IMG/VR virus record: IMGVR_UViG_3300033412_000020
Span: 1 to 54,981 of that record
DNA from: a virus
Lineage: Duplodnaviria; Caudoviricetes
Reading direction: 5' to 3' (one strand)
Length of the DNA: 54,981 nucleotides
In this document: positions 17,650 through 27,770 of the stretch, in pieces
Numbering within the stretch: the first letter of the stretch is position 1
Layout: each line of letters begins with the position of its first letter
Translations under genes and position numbers: made by a program
Notes under the pieces: model-generated
What the model was told of the DNA's origin: nothing
Database searches by the model: none
The model's input: only the letters and a program-made list of their open reading frames with translations

Positions 17650-20003
17650 CGCTCCGGTTCCGGGGGCTGTTCGAGCCCCATGAAGTACCTACGGGCGACC
17701 GGCGGATGTTTAAGGCCAACGGCCTGACCAACCGCAACCTGCCGCTACCGCTGATGATGCGCTCCAGCTCTGGCGGGCATATGGGTGCTGAGGTGGTTGC
17801 CAAGATCACCAAGATCGAGCCGGTGCCGGGCGGACGCAAGTACTCGGGCGTCTTCCTGGACCCCAAGGTCATCCCGGCCGTACGCAAGGCGATCTATCTG
17901 GCCCGGCACAAGATGATCGGTCCGAGCGTGGACCTCGATCGATCGTTCACTGTGGAGCCTCGCCCGCACACGGACGGCAAGCCGATGGCGTACTTCACCT
18001 CCGGCAACGTGATCGGCGTGACGCTGGTACCGATGCCCGCCTTCGCGGACGTCACGTTCGAGGTCGAAGGCGACGACAGCGAGGACGAAGCCCTCATCGC
18101 CAGCATCCTGGCCGAGGAGTTCGCGGTCAGCGGTGCCAACTGGAACGCCCTGCCGGTGGCTCCCCGGGACTACACATACGACGCGGACAACGCGGTCAAG
18201 CGGATCGCTGCCTGGGCTGGAGTTGGTACCGCACAAGCGGATACGAGCAAGTACGCCTCGATGTTCCTCTGGCGTGGTGGCAACCAGACCGGAGATAGTC
18301 TGGCCCAGGAGGACTTCCGGCTACCGATCGGTGACATCATCAACGGTCAGCCGTACCTCGTCTTCCACGCCATCTACGCTGCCGCTGCCCTGCTATCCGG
18401 TGCTCACGGTGGTCTTCCCAACATCCCCGAAGGCGAGAAGACTGCCCTCAAGGGCGTGATCAACCAGATCTACCCCAAGATGGCCAGCGCCTTCGGGGAC
18501 GAGACGATGCACTCCCCCTTCACGGGGGATCAGCAAGGAGGGCAGCAGCAGATGAGTCAGCCGGTCGAAGAGTTCGCCGCGAAGGCTGAACCGTACGGGG
18601 ACGTGGAGTATGCGGACCCGGGGTACCGCGACAACAAGAAGCGCTACCCGATCAACGACGAGAAGCATGTGCGGGCGGCATGGGCTTACATCAATGTCGC
18701 AAGCAATGCGTCCGAATACACTCCCGGTCAGCTAAAAGCTATCCGGGAGAAGATCATGGCTGCCGCCAAGCGTCTCGGTATCCAGATCAACGACACGTCG
18801 GGAAACATGAGTGCCCTTACCGTCGATCCGCTCCAGACGGAATTCGCAGTCAAGAGCATCAGTGGCCGCATTCAGAACCCACGTCCAGCGGCCTACATGT
18901 TCGCCAACCCGAATCTCAAGCGTCCCACGAAGCTCACTGTTGACGACGACGGTCACGTCTTCGGGCACCTCGGCAAGTGGGGCGAGTGCCATGTGGGCAT
19001 AGGGGATAAGTGCGTTCTGTTGCCACGCTCGCGCACTGGCTACCAGCTCTTCAAATCGGGTCACGTCATCACTCATGACGGCCAGACTATCGAGGTAGGG
19101 AAAATCAGCCTCGGTACCGGCCACGCGCACCCCACGTACGGGATCGTGCCGGCCCGCGAGCACTACGACAACTCGGGCTGGTGCGCCGCTGTCGTCAACA
19201 TCGGCGAGGACCAGTTCGGTGTCTGGGTATCGGGCGCCCTGACCGATCCGTCGAAGGCGGACGAGCTGCGCCGGTCCCCGCTGTCCGGTGACTGGCGTCG
19301 GTACAACGGCAACCTTGAGCTGGTGGCCGCGCTCGCGGTCAACAACCCGGGCTTCCCGGTCTTCCACCAGCAGGAGAGCGAGGAGTTCTCGCTGGTAGCC
19401 GCTGGCATGGTGACCGAGGAGCCCCCGGACGATGACCTGACCTTCGTCATTCAGAACATGGGTTCGGACGTTCGCCAGGGTGACCCGATGGACCCGAGCC
19501 AGCTGTACGGCATCGTGGATATGGACGCCATCGAGGCTGAGGTTCGCCAGCGCCTGGAGGCTGAGAACGCTCGCAGGCACCGTCTGGCCGAGGTCCGACG
19601 GATGGGTGACTTCGCTGCCCAGCGGGAGCGCGCTCGCCGGCTGAACGAACTGCTGGGACTGGTTGCGGCGGCGCCCCCAGCTCCGGCACCTGGAACTCCG
19701 CAGACAGGCTCGTCCCCAGGGGCGCCGGCCCCAGCTTCGCAGACCGCGACCGGTGCTGGCCAGCCCGGAGGCGATCCAGAAGCAGATCCATCAACACCCG
19801 GAATCGCCGAGGTTGATGATCCAGGCCGTGAGACGATGTTGGCACGGCAGAATTCGGGCGATTTCTACATCGTGCAGGAATCACCCGAAGACAACCCTGA
19901 TGCGACCACACCCGACACGGGAGCGCCGCCCGCTCAGGCCACGCCAGCACCAACAGCAGCACCGCAGCAGCCCGCCCCACCGGCACCGCCGATGGCCCAG
20001 TAG
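17646..20003 (+). CDS. capsid maturation protease / scaffold polyprotein
   Basis: PTGDRR.F...LPLPLM, GPSVDLD, TLVP.PAF protease-like region, then YADPGY...RYPI....HVRAAW.YI and G.VFGHL..WG.CH...SGDWR domains. Confidence 0.8.
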   Translation: MTLRFRGLFEPHEVPTGDRRMFKANGLTNRNLPLPLMMRSSSGGHMGAEVVAKITKIEPVPGGRKYSGVFLDPKVIPAVRKAIYLARHKMIGPSVDLDRSFTVEPRPHTDGKPMAYFTSGNVIGVTLVPMPAFADVTFEVEGDDSEDEALIASILAEEFAVSGANWNALPVAPRDYTYDADNAVKRIAAWAGVGTAQADTSKYASMFLWRGGNQTGDSLAQEDFRLPIGDIINGQPYLVFHAIYAAAALLSGAHGGLPNIPEGEKTALKGVINQIYPKMASAFGDETMHSPFTGDQQGGQQQMSQPVEEFAAKAEPYGDVEYADPGYRDNKKRYPINDEKHVRAAWAYINVASNASEYTPGQLKAIREKIMAAAKRLGIQINDTSGNMSALTVDPLQTEFAVKSISGRIQNPRPAAYMFANPNLKRPTKLTVDDDGHVFGHLGKWGECHVGIGDKCVLLPRSRTGYQLFKSGHVITHDGQTIEVGKISLGTGHAHPTYGIVPAREHYDNSGWCAAVVNIGEDQFGVWVSGALTDPSKADELRRSPLSGDWRRYNGNLELVAALAVNNPGFPVFHQQESEEFSLVAAGMVTEEPPDDDLTFVIQNMGSDVRQGDPMDPSQLYGIVDMDAIEAEVRQRLEAENARRHRLAEVRRMGDFAAQRERARRLNELLGLVAAAPPAPAPGTPQTGSSPGAPAPASQTATGAGQPGGDPEADPSTPGIAEVDDPGRETMLARQNSGDFYIVQESPEDNPDATTPDTGAPPAQATPAPTAAPQQPAPPAPPMAQ

Positions 20004-20013
20004 GAGACAGTAG

Positions 20014-23000
20014 ATGGCTCGGTTTTCGAACCTCTGGGATGAGGCGGAGCACCCCCGCGACCGGCTGGGACGGTTCCGGAGCAAGTGGAAGATCGGCGGT
20101 AAGGCTAAGGCCATCGTCGATGCCATCTTGGACCGGTTCAGCCCCAAGACGTTCCCGGACTTCCAGCGTGCCAACAACTATGGCATCGAGCGGGGCTGGT
20201 CGCGGTATACGCCCGAGCAGAAGAAGTCGATTACCAGCTATGTCAAAGGCGACTTCAGGGCCATTGACGCCGAACTGAAGCAGGGCAAGGAAAGCCCTGA
20301 GTCGAAGGCCATCGATTCGGCGATGCATCCGCTCGAAGACGATCTGATCCTGACTCGTTCCTTCTCCCCGGAGCGGTTCGGGCTGGCCGCCAATGACGCA
20401 CAGGCGGCCGAGGAACTGACCGGAAAGCTCATCGCGTCCAAGACGTACCAGAACGCCTGGATGGGGCCCGGCACCAACAACGGAGGCATTCAACTCCACA
20501 TCCTCGCTCCACGTGGGACTCCAGCCGTCTTCTCCGGTGGCGCCGAAGTCATGATGAGCCGGGACCAGCCCATCCGGATCACTCGCGCCGAACGGGTCCC
20601 GGACGGTTCGCTCCGCCTGTACGGGGTTGCGGTTCCGAAGGGTGCCGCCGGCAACCTGCGCCCGAGTCACGACGTCCCTGGCGCGGTTCAGGCTGGCCGG
20701 GTCGCCGGCAACGCCGAGCCAGGCGTACCGCAGGAGAACATCCCCGGCCAGCTGCCCACCCCGAACGCTCCCACTCCCGAGCGGATGACTCCGAACCCGC
20801 GCGCTGGCGAGATCACGCCAGCTCCCGCGCCGCCCCGCGACCTGGGCGACACTCCGGGTGGTATCGAGGCGGACGGCCGTCCCAGCTGGACGCACGGTGG
20901 CCAGCCCATCGAGCTGCACCCGGCAACCGGTTCGCCCGGTGGTGGGGGAATTACGGCAAAAGCCGGGAATCAAACGCTTATCCAAGACGCGCCGGATATG
21001 GAGACTCTGGCGGTAGAAGCAGACCGCGCCGGCCTGCCCGAGGTGGCTAAGTGGGCTCGGGCGAATCAGCGGTTCGTGAAGGGCTCGGACGCTCCAGCTG
21101 CGGGTCAGCGGGCAGCGGCGCGGGCTGCCCTGGCTCGCCAGGAAGCGAATACTCCTGCACCAGAGCCCAACGCCCCGAACGCCCCAGCACCAAATGCCCC
21201 GGCTGCACCTGCTCAACCAGAACCCAACGCTCCCCCGGTGGCTCCGGCGGCTCCAGCCACACCGGCAGCTCCTGCGGCACCTTCTCCCGCACCTTCCGCC
21301 GCACCCACTCCGGCAGCTCCAACTGCTCCGGCAGAGCCCGCACCTCTTCCGACTCCGGTCGAGCCTGCTCCGGCGCCACCTGCTCCTCCGACCCCATCAT
21401 CTTCTCCTCAAGTCCCGGTCGACATCAGCCAACCTGTCCCAGCGGACGCTACCCCCGAGGTGCGCGCTGCACATGCCGAGGCGTTGCGGAAAGCCGGCGA
21501 AGACGCGCTACGGCAGAACCCACCAGCCCCGGCTCCGGTGAAGTCTGCCGCCCGCGCCGCCCGGGTCAAGAAGGCCCTGGCGCCCGCGAAGGCTGCCCCG
21601 GCTCCGGTTGCGGCACCACCAGCTCCGGTGGCTACCGAGCCGCCTTCGACCATGCCGGCGAAGAAAGCAGCAGCGGCAGTCAAGAAGGCTGCCCCGAAGA
21701 AGACCACGCTGACGTCAGCCAACCGCAAAGAGCGGGACATGCTGGCGCCCGAAGACCAGACCACGTACGACAAGGCTCGCGCTGAAGGGTTGAGCCACAA
21801 GGAAGCGATAGATCGAGCAACGGCACCGCCGGTCAAAAAGGCTGCGGCCAAGGCGGTCAAGAAGGCTGCCACCAAGGCCGCACCGGTCAAGAAGGCCGCA
21901 CCGGTCAAGAAGGCTGCCCCGGCAAAGGCTGCCCCGGCCAAGAAAGCTGTCCCGGAGAAGGCCGCTCCAGCGAAGGCGGCGCCGGCCAAGCGGGTAGCCA
22001 AGCCGAAGCTCACTCCAGCTCAGGAAGCGCAGCAGAATGCCGCGCACGACGTCGCGAACCGCGAGCAGCGCAAGGTCTGGTCGGATGCCATTCCGGGTGG
22101 CGAGCCCAAGGATCTTCGCGAGCTGGAGAAGACTCAGCTCGACCAGACGGCCGAGTTCATTCGGACCAAGAAGTGGTCCAAGAAGCGCGCCGTCGAAGAG
22201 CTACGAGGCTTTGCTCGCAACAGAAACGACACCCACGCGGCGTACCTCAACAAGGTCGCTGACTTCCTGGAGACACAGCCTCGGGCACCTCGCAAGGCTG
22301 CGGTCAAGAAGGTCATTGCCGTACCGAGTGTCGACAATCTGCGCGGTATCAGCAATTCCGAGGAGCGGCTGAAGGCGCTCGATGGCCTGGACGTGGCTTC
22401 GCTCCGCAAGATCGCCAGCGAGGCTGGCGTGCCCGGTCGGTCCAAGCTGACCAAGGAAGCCTTGAAGAAGGCCATCTCCGACCACATTGGATCGACGAAG
22501 GCTGAAGCTCCAGCGAAGGCAGTCAGCAAGGCCACCAAGGCGGTAGCCAAGAAGGCCGAGGCCCCCGCCAAGGTCGCCAAGACTGCAGTCAAGAAGGCCG
22601 AGGCCGCTGCTGCTGCTGAAGCTCCGGTCAAGGCAGCAGTCAAAGCCGTGAAAGCGGTGGAACCCAAGAAGAACGCGGGGCCTGGCAGTCTGGACGAGTT
22701 CCTACGCCGGGATTCCGAAGGCGTACCGATGGGCGATCGGGTCGCCGCGCGCATCCTCGAACGCGAAACGCCAGAGAACCAGCGGAAGATCCTGGACACG
22801 CTCAGCCCTGAGCACCGCATTGCCATGCACCGGGCCATGGAGGTTAACCGCAACGCTGACCGGCGACGCGAAACACCGCAGCCGGCAGCGGTACGCAAGG
22901 CTGCCGCGAAGGCGGTCAAGGAAGGTGCTCCGGCTCCAACTCGTGCCCAGACGCGGGCAGCTCGCCCACCGGCTAAGGCCGTATCGCCTGAAGTGGCGGC

Positions 23001-24765
23001 TGAGCAGAAGCGGATTTCTGACCTCGGTAACGCCAAGACGGCTGCCACTGAGGCGGCAGACAGGGCCAAGGAGAAGAGCGTCCAGGACGGTTGGGATGCG
23101 GCAATTGGCGCACCCCCGGCTGATCTCAGCAGCATCGACAAGAGTGGTTTGGCCATTCTGGCAGGACGTCTCGCGGACAAGAAGATCTCTCGGCCAGCGG
23201 CGGCTCGATTGCTTCGGGACATGCCTGGCCAGAATCCAGCTGCCAAGGCTTACCTGAGCAAGCTGGCTGACCATCTGGGTACGCGGGCGCCAGTCAAGAA
23301 GGCAGCGGTCGCGGCCAAGGCGGCTCGTACTGTCCCTGGATTCGACGAGCTGGCCGGAATGAAGAGCCGCGACGAGGTGCATCAGCGTCTCGACGCCTTG
23401 ACCGTGGCTGAACTGAAGCAGGTGGCCAAGGAAGGCGACGTAATCCACTCGGCCAGCGTGCTGAAGCCCCGCCTGAAGCAGCTGATCGCGGACAAGGCGG
23501 TCGGTAACAGGCTGGACACCTCAGCAATCCTCGGTACCAGTGAGGCAGATCGCGAGGCCGTACGAGTGGCAGCGGTCGCCAAAGCGCGGGCTCGCAAGGC
23601 AGCGGCTGAGGCACCCAGTGCGCCCGAAGTGGCTCCGGTGAAGAAGGCTGCGAAGGCAGCGGTCAAGGCGGCCGAGCCAGTAGTGCCGGCCAAGACGGCT
23701 TCAGTGAAGGCAGCCAAGGTGACCAAGAAGGCCGCAGCTGCTGCCGCTGACGAGAAGTCGGCCGCTGGCATCAAGTTGATCTCGCAAGGTGGTTTCCGTG
23801 GTACGCCCGAGAAGCACACCCGCGCCGAGCTGGAGGACATGAGCCCCGGCCAGCTGAAGGACATCGAGGACGAGCTGGGGGTTGAGCGTCCAAGCCTGCT
23901 TCGCAGCGAGCGTGTTGACGCCATCCTGAAGGCCCAGGCTGGTGAAGCACCGCCCAAGAAGACCGCAGCCCAGCGTCTCGCTGCCTTCAAAGAGCGCGAC
24001 GCGGCGGCGAAAGCGACCACTCCGGCCGCGCCAGTCAAGGCCGCGAAGGCGGTTAAGAAGGCTGCCCAGCCACCTGTCACACCGGCCAAGGCGGTACAGA
24101 AGGCCGAAACGTCTACCGGCGCCATTAAGGCGGGTAAGTACTCGAACAAGCCGATCCCGGAAAACCAGTGGGGTTCGGGTTCCGGCGAGATTCATTACCA
24201 CCCTGACGGCGTAATCGGTACCGAAGTGAGACATCTAGGCGAGGACCGGAAGCTCGATGTGGATGGATTGCCACTAGAGACCGTGCTTGGTCATATTGCT
24301 ACCGACACAGTGACCGGGAAGACAACCACCAACGAGATGCTGGCTAAATTGCGAGCGCTTCAAGGTCGACTGCCCGAGGGTAGTCGGGCTAAGTCTGCCG
24401 TAACTCACATGATCGCTTCCATCGACGAGCCTAAGTCCAGCCCGATTCATGTTCCGACTGGTACTCCAGGACCGATGAAGGAACTGGCCAAGAAACTGGC
24501 GGACATTCCGTTGGCTCGCAAGCCGAAGCCGGACAGCACCACGGAGCTGGCCAAGCTTGCGCGCATCATGGATGACTTCGAGCACAGCAAGGTCGGTGGC
24601 TTGCGACTGATCCGTGAGGTCGAGAGCCTACACAACGGTCGACACGAGAGCGTGGAAGGTAAATTGGAGCTGGACCGCGCTGTCCAAGCAGCAGTCACCG
24701 AACTGCGAGCGCTGTACAAGGATGCGAAGACGAGATCTCAGCTACAGCCACCAAAGAAGGAGTAG
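20014..24765 (+). CDS. 1583-aa head-associated protein: ADP-ribosyltransferase-like N-terminus, Pro- and Lys/Ala-rich repeats, Rho-N-like helical modules
   Basis: WDEAEHPRD..GRF leader, VIP2-like pattern, PAKKA repeats, LDVASLRKIASEAGVPGRSKLTKEAL module. Confidence 0.7.
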   Translation: MARFSNLWDEAEHPRDRLGRFRSKWKIGGKAKAIVDAILDRFSPKTFPDFQRANNYGIERGWSRYTPEQKKSITSYVKGDFRAIDAELKQGKESPESKAIDSAMHPLEDDLILTRSFSPERFGLAANDAQAAEELTGKLIASKTYQNAWMGPGTNNGGIQLHILAPRGTPAVFSGGAEVMMSRDQPIRITRAERVPDGSLRLYGVAVPKGAAGNLRPSHDVPGAVQAGRVAGNAEPGVPQENIPGQLPTPNAPTPERMTPNPRAGEITPAPAPPRDLGDTPGGIEADGRPSWTHGGQPIELHPATGSPGGGGITAKAGNQTLIQDAPDMETLAVEADRAGLPEVAKWARANQRFVKGSDAPAAGQRAAARAALARQEANTPAPEPNAPNAPAPNAPAAPAQPEPNAPPVAPAAPATPAAPAAPSPAPSAAPTPAAPTAPAEPAPLPTPVEPAPAPPAPPTPSSSPQVPVDISQPVPADATPEVRAAHAEALRKAGEDALRQNPPAPAPVKSAARAARVKKALAPAKAAPAPVAAPPAPVATEPPSTMPAKKAAAAVKKAAPKKTTLTSANRKERDMLAPEDQTTYDKARAEGLSHKEAIDRATAPPVKKAAAKAVKKAATKAAPVKKAAPVKKAAPAKAAPAKKAVPEKAAPAKAAPAKRVAKPKLTPAQEAQQNAAHDVANREQRKVWSDAIPGGEPKDLRELEKTQLDQTAEFIRTKKWSKKRAVEELRGFARNRNDTHAAYLNKVADFLETQPRAPRKAAVKKVIAVPSVDNLRGISNSEERLKALDGLDVASLRKIASEAGVPGRSKLTKEALKKAISDHIGSTKAEAPAKAVSKATKAVAKKAEAPAKVAKTAVKKAEAAAAAEAPVKAAVKAVKAVEPKKNAGPGSLDEFLRRDSEGVPMGDRVAARILERETPENQRKILDTLSPEHRIAMHRAMEVNRNADRRRETPQPAAVRKAAAKAVKEGAPAPTRAQTRAARPPAKAVSPEVAAEQKRISDLGNAKTAATEAADRAKEKSVQDGWDAAIGAPPADLSSIDKSGLAILAGRLADKKISRPAAARLLRDMPGQNPAAKAYLSKLADHLGTRAPVKKAAVAAKAARTVPGFDELAGMKSRDEVHQRLDALTVAELKQVAKEGDVIHSASVLKPRLKQLIADKAVGNRLDTSAILGTSEADREAVRVAAVAKARARKAAAEAPSAPEVAPVKKAAKAAVKAAEPVVPAKTASVKAAKVTKKAAAAAADEKSAAGIKLISQGGFRGTPEKHTRAELEDMSPGQLKDIEDELGVERPSLLRSERVDAILKAQAGEAPPKKTAAQRLAAFKERDAAAKATTPAAPVKAAKAVKKAAQPPVTPAKAVQKAETSTGAIKAGKYSNKPIPENQWGSGSGEIHYHPDGVIGTEVRHLGEDRKLDVDGLPLETVLGHIATDTVTGKTTTNEMLAKLRALQGRLPEGSRAKSAVTHMIASIDEPKSSPIHVPTGTPGPMKELAKKLADIPLARKPKPDSTTELAKLARIMDDFEHSKVGGLRLIREVESLHNGRHESVEGKLELDRAVQAAVTELRALYKDAKTRSQLQPPKKE

Positions 24766-24768
24766 GCC

Positions 24769-24924
24769 GTGGGATGCAAGACATGTGGCGGGGGTTCGAT
24801 CCCGCCCGAGCAGGTGGTCGTGGAGCGCATGGACGGCTCGACGTTCACCGTGGACTCGCTGGTGGAAGCCCGCGTCCAGGTCGCCCTGGGCAACGGCAAG
24901 AAGTACTACGCCAAGAAGAAGTAG
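24769..24924 (+). CDS. small protein (51 aa, MGCKTCGGG...)
   Basis: AAGGAG RBS with GTG start. CxxC N-terminus, directly before the capsid gene. Confidence 0.65.
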   Translation: MGCKTCGGGSIPPEQVVVERMDGSTFTVDSLVEARVQVALGNGKKYYAKKK

Positions 24925-25034
24925 ATACATCCCCTTTGTGATGCCCGGTGGTATCCTCCGGGTAGTTGATCGTGCGCTGCTGGCCTAGGGCCGGGTGACG
25001 GATCGTCCCCCAGACCTGCCCTGAGAGGCTAGCG

Positions 25035-26645
25035 ATGCCATTCCAGATTCCTGAGGACGTCACTGTCCTCACCACGAAGGCGCTGCGCGAGTTCGCGCTC
25101 ACCGCAGCCGCAGAGTATGAGTCGATCAAGGACTCCGCCACCGAGGAAACCGTCACTGACGAGCAGCTCGATGAGATGGAGAGCTACTCCAACTTCATGC
25201 TGGTCGTGGACGACGAGCTGACCGCTCGCGCCGAGCGCGCCACCCGGTTCCGTGCTCAGACCGCCGAGGTCGAAGAGGAAGAGCCGGAAGACACGGGCGA
25301 GTTCGCCGAAGGTGAGGCCAACGGCGAGGAAGTGCCCACGCCGACGCTGGCTCAGATCAACGCGGTGGCGCCGTCCAACGAGACGACGGACGCCATTCCG
25401 ACGCCGAAGATGTTCAGCTTCATCGCGGCACCGGAGACCGGCTTCGCGGCTGGCACCGAGCTGAGCGGCTGGGACGACGTCGTCAAGGCGTTCAACACCC
25501 GCACCCGCTCGCACGTGCGCGGGGCTCCCACCCAGCAGCACCAGTTTGCCTCGATCAAGCGCGAGTTCGGCGAGTTCGACATCTTCGAGAACGACTCTGA
25601 GACCGAACAGATGCGCAAGATCGACCTGGTCCGCGACGAGAGCCAGGCGGACGGCGGGTCGCTGCTGGCCGGCGTCGGCTGGTGCTCCCCATCCGAGACG
25701 ATCTACACCACCTGCAACCAGGTGACCACGTCCGGCATGCTGAAGGTTCCGGAGATCGGTGCCCGTCGCGGCGGTGTCCGGCACAACCAGGGCATCCGGT
25801 GGTCCGACATCTACGGCACCGGCACCGGCTTCAACATCCTCACTGAAGAGCAGGTCATCGCGGACACCGTGAAGACCTGTGTGCCGGTCAACTGCCCCCC
25901 GTTCGTGGACGACCGGCTGAAGGTAGCCGTCCTCTGCATCACCGGTGACATCCTCCAGGACCGCTCCTACCCGGAGTACGTCAAGGAGTTCATCCGTGGC
26001 GCCGTGGCTTCCCAGGCCCACAACGTCAACCGTCAGATCATCGCGGACATCGTCTCCGGCTCGACGGCGGTCACCCTCACCGGTAACCAGCCGTGGACCT
26101 CGGACGGCTCGGTCGTGTCCCAGCTCATGTCCGCATTGGACATGGCGGCCATGGACGAGCGGTACAACCTGCGCCTGGACCCGGACGCCACGCTCGAAGT
26201 GGTGCTCCCGTACTGGGTGAAGCAGGCTTACCGCGCGGACTGGCTACGTCGCAACGCGCAGGACGACAACAACCTGGTCGACAGCATGGTGAACTCCATG
26301 TACGCGACCCGGAACCTGTCCGTCCAGTACGTGTACGACTGGCAGGACGCCTTCTCCACTGGCGCGTCTGGTGGCACCGCGTTCGGTGGCGCCGTGGCCA
26401 TGGTGACTCCTCCGACCTCGGTCTCGTTCCTCATGTACCCGGCCGGGACCTGGGTGGTCGCCCGTCAGGACGTCATCCGCCTCGACACCATCTACGACAG
26501 CACGAACATCACCACCAACAAGGTGACCGAGCTGTTCGTGGAAGACGGTTTCCGGGCCATGCGGTTCTGCCCACTGTCCCGCGTGTACACCATCGGCATC
26601 TGCGCCAACGGCTCGACCGGGGTTCAGCGCGCCGTCACCTGCTAG
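25035..26645 (+). CDS. major capsid protein
   Basis: Acidic scaffold-like N-terminus, GWCSPSETIY, RGG...K.C..V.CP, LDTIYDS motifs, strongly biased codons, position. Confidence 0.88.
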   Translation: MPFQIPEDVTVLTTKALREFALTAAAEYESIKDSATEETVTDEQLDEMESYSNFMLVVDDELTARAERATRFRAQTAEVEEEEPEDTGEFAEGEANGEEVPTPTLAQINAVAPSNETTDAIPTPKMFSFIAAPETGFAAGTELSGWDDVVKAFNTRTRSHVRGAPTQQHQFASIKREFGEFDIFENDSETEQMRKIDLVRDESQADGGSLLAGVGWCSPSETIYTTCNQVTTSGMLKVPEIGARRGGVRHNQGIRWSDIYGTGTGFNILTEEQVIADTVKTCVPVNCPPFVDDRLKVAVLCITGDILQDRSYPEYVKEFIRGAVASQAHNVNRQIIADIVSGSTAVTLTGNQPWTSDGSVVSQLMSALDMAAMDERYNLRLDPDATLEVVLPYWVKQAYRADWLRRNAQDDNNLVDSMVNSMYATRNLSVQYVYDWQDAFSTGASGGTAFGGAVAMVTPPTSVSFLMYPAGTWVVARQDVIRLDTIYDSTNITTNKVTELFVEDGFRAMRFCPLSRVYTIGICANGSTGVQRAVTC

Positions 26646-26652
26646 TAGCAAC

Positions 26653-26679
26653 GGGGTCCCTCCTCAGTGGAGGGACCCC
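26653..26679 (+). terminator. hairpin after the capsid gene
   Basis: ggggtccctcc / ggagggacccc. Confidence 0.6.
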
Positions 26680-26715
26680 ACCCTGCTTCGCCGCTACTAA
26701 CAGGAAGGAGGCGAC

Positions 26716-27567
26716 ATGGCAGTCCTCACTGGACGGGTAACCCTTCCGGCCAACCCGAACCCGATGGTGAAGCGCGTCGGGCTCTTCGACGTCTCCACCG
26801 GCCCGCTCGACCTTCCAGTCCACGCCCGGTCCGGTGGAATCCAGTACCAGACCTCGATCTGTGCGGACCCACACTGCTACGCGGTGACCTGCATCGGCAA
26901 CCACACGTCGAAGACGCTGAATGACACGCTGGCGCTCATCACGGGTGACCCGTTCGTCATCTACTCGGACCTGCTGTGCTCGCCGGTCGGCATCAATGAG
27001 AGCGAAGTCCGTAACCACCTGTTCACTCGCCTCACCATGGGCGAGCAGCTGGTGGTGGAGAGCGTTTTCAGCCAGCAACTGTGTGGCGAGGCCCCCGGCC
27101 TGTCCAACAACTCTGGCATCACCGCGATAGTCACTCCGGCCACCGATCCGGTGGACGCGGTCAGTCAGCTCGAAGCCGCGTTGTACGCAACCTACGGACT
27201 GCCGGGCGTGCTTCACGTGCCGTACCGGTTTGCTCCGTACTTCAGCAACATGTGGATCTTCGATGACCGGCACCAGGACAACCAGGTGTACCACACCACG
27301 GCGCTCGGTACGAAGGTCAACTTCGGCAACTATGCCGGCCTGTCCACCAGTGGTGCGAACCCGACAGCCGGCAGCATGTACATCTACATCACCGGCCAGA
27401 CAACGGTTTGGCGTACTCCAGACAGCGAGCTATTCGTCGCGAACATCGTGGACACGCTGAACCGTACGCACAACCAGTTCACGGCCGTGATGGAGCGCGA
27501 GTACATCGTCAGCTTCGACTGCGGTGGGTTCGCAATCGAATGCCCGATCACAGGGGTGGTGGCTTGA
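26716..27567 (+). CDS. minor capsid / capsid accessory protein
   Basis: Follows the capsid gene, strong RBS, PF.IY....C..VG and GNY motifs. Confidence 0.65.
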   Translation: MAVLTGRVTLPANPNPMVKRVGLFDVSTGPLDLPVHARSGGIQYQTSICADPHCYAVTCIGNHTSKTLNDTLALITGDPFVIYSDLLCSPVGINESEVRNHLFTRLTMGEQLVVESVFSQQLCGEAPGLSNNSGITAIVTPATDPVDAVSQLEAALYATYGLPGVLHVPYRFAPYFSNMWIFDDRHQDNQVYHTTALGTKVNFGNYAGLSTSGANPTAGSMYIYITGQTTVWRTPDSELFVANIVDTLNRTHNQFTAVMEREYIVSFDCGGFAIECPITGVVA

Positions 27568-27770
27568 TGGCCGAGATCCATGCGGACCAGGATGTGGTCC
27601 AGGTGGTGGCCCGCCAGCTGCTGGCCCTGACCAACGACCCGAACGAGATCACCTCTACCCACGGCGACGGGGGCAGGATCTTCCTGGTCTCCGACGAGCT
27701 GGGCGAGCGCTGGTACCAGAAGTACATCGAGGACGAGGTCCCGGTGGCACCGAAGAAGAAGGGAAAGTAG
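27567..27770 (+). CDS. hypothetical protein
   Basis: TGATG-coupled ORF. Confidence 0.6.
   Translation: MAEIHADQDVVQVVARQLLALTNDPNEITSTHGDGGRIFLVSDELGERWYQKYIEDEVPVAPKKKGK

Noticed and set aside
19447-21216. Long antisense or alternate-frame ORFs (e.g. 19447-21216, 15054-16610, 7321-8583, 2877-3917)
   Set aside because: Shadow ORFs expected in high-GC DNA opposite well-supported genes.
21150-22020. DNA tandem repeat or another non-coding array
   Set aside because: The repeats are in-frame codons for Pro/Ala/Lys tracts of the 1583-aa protein.
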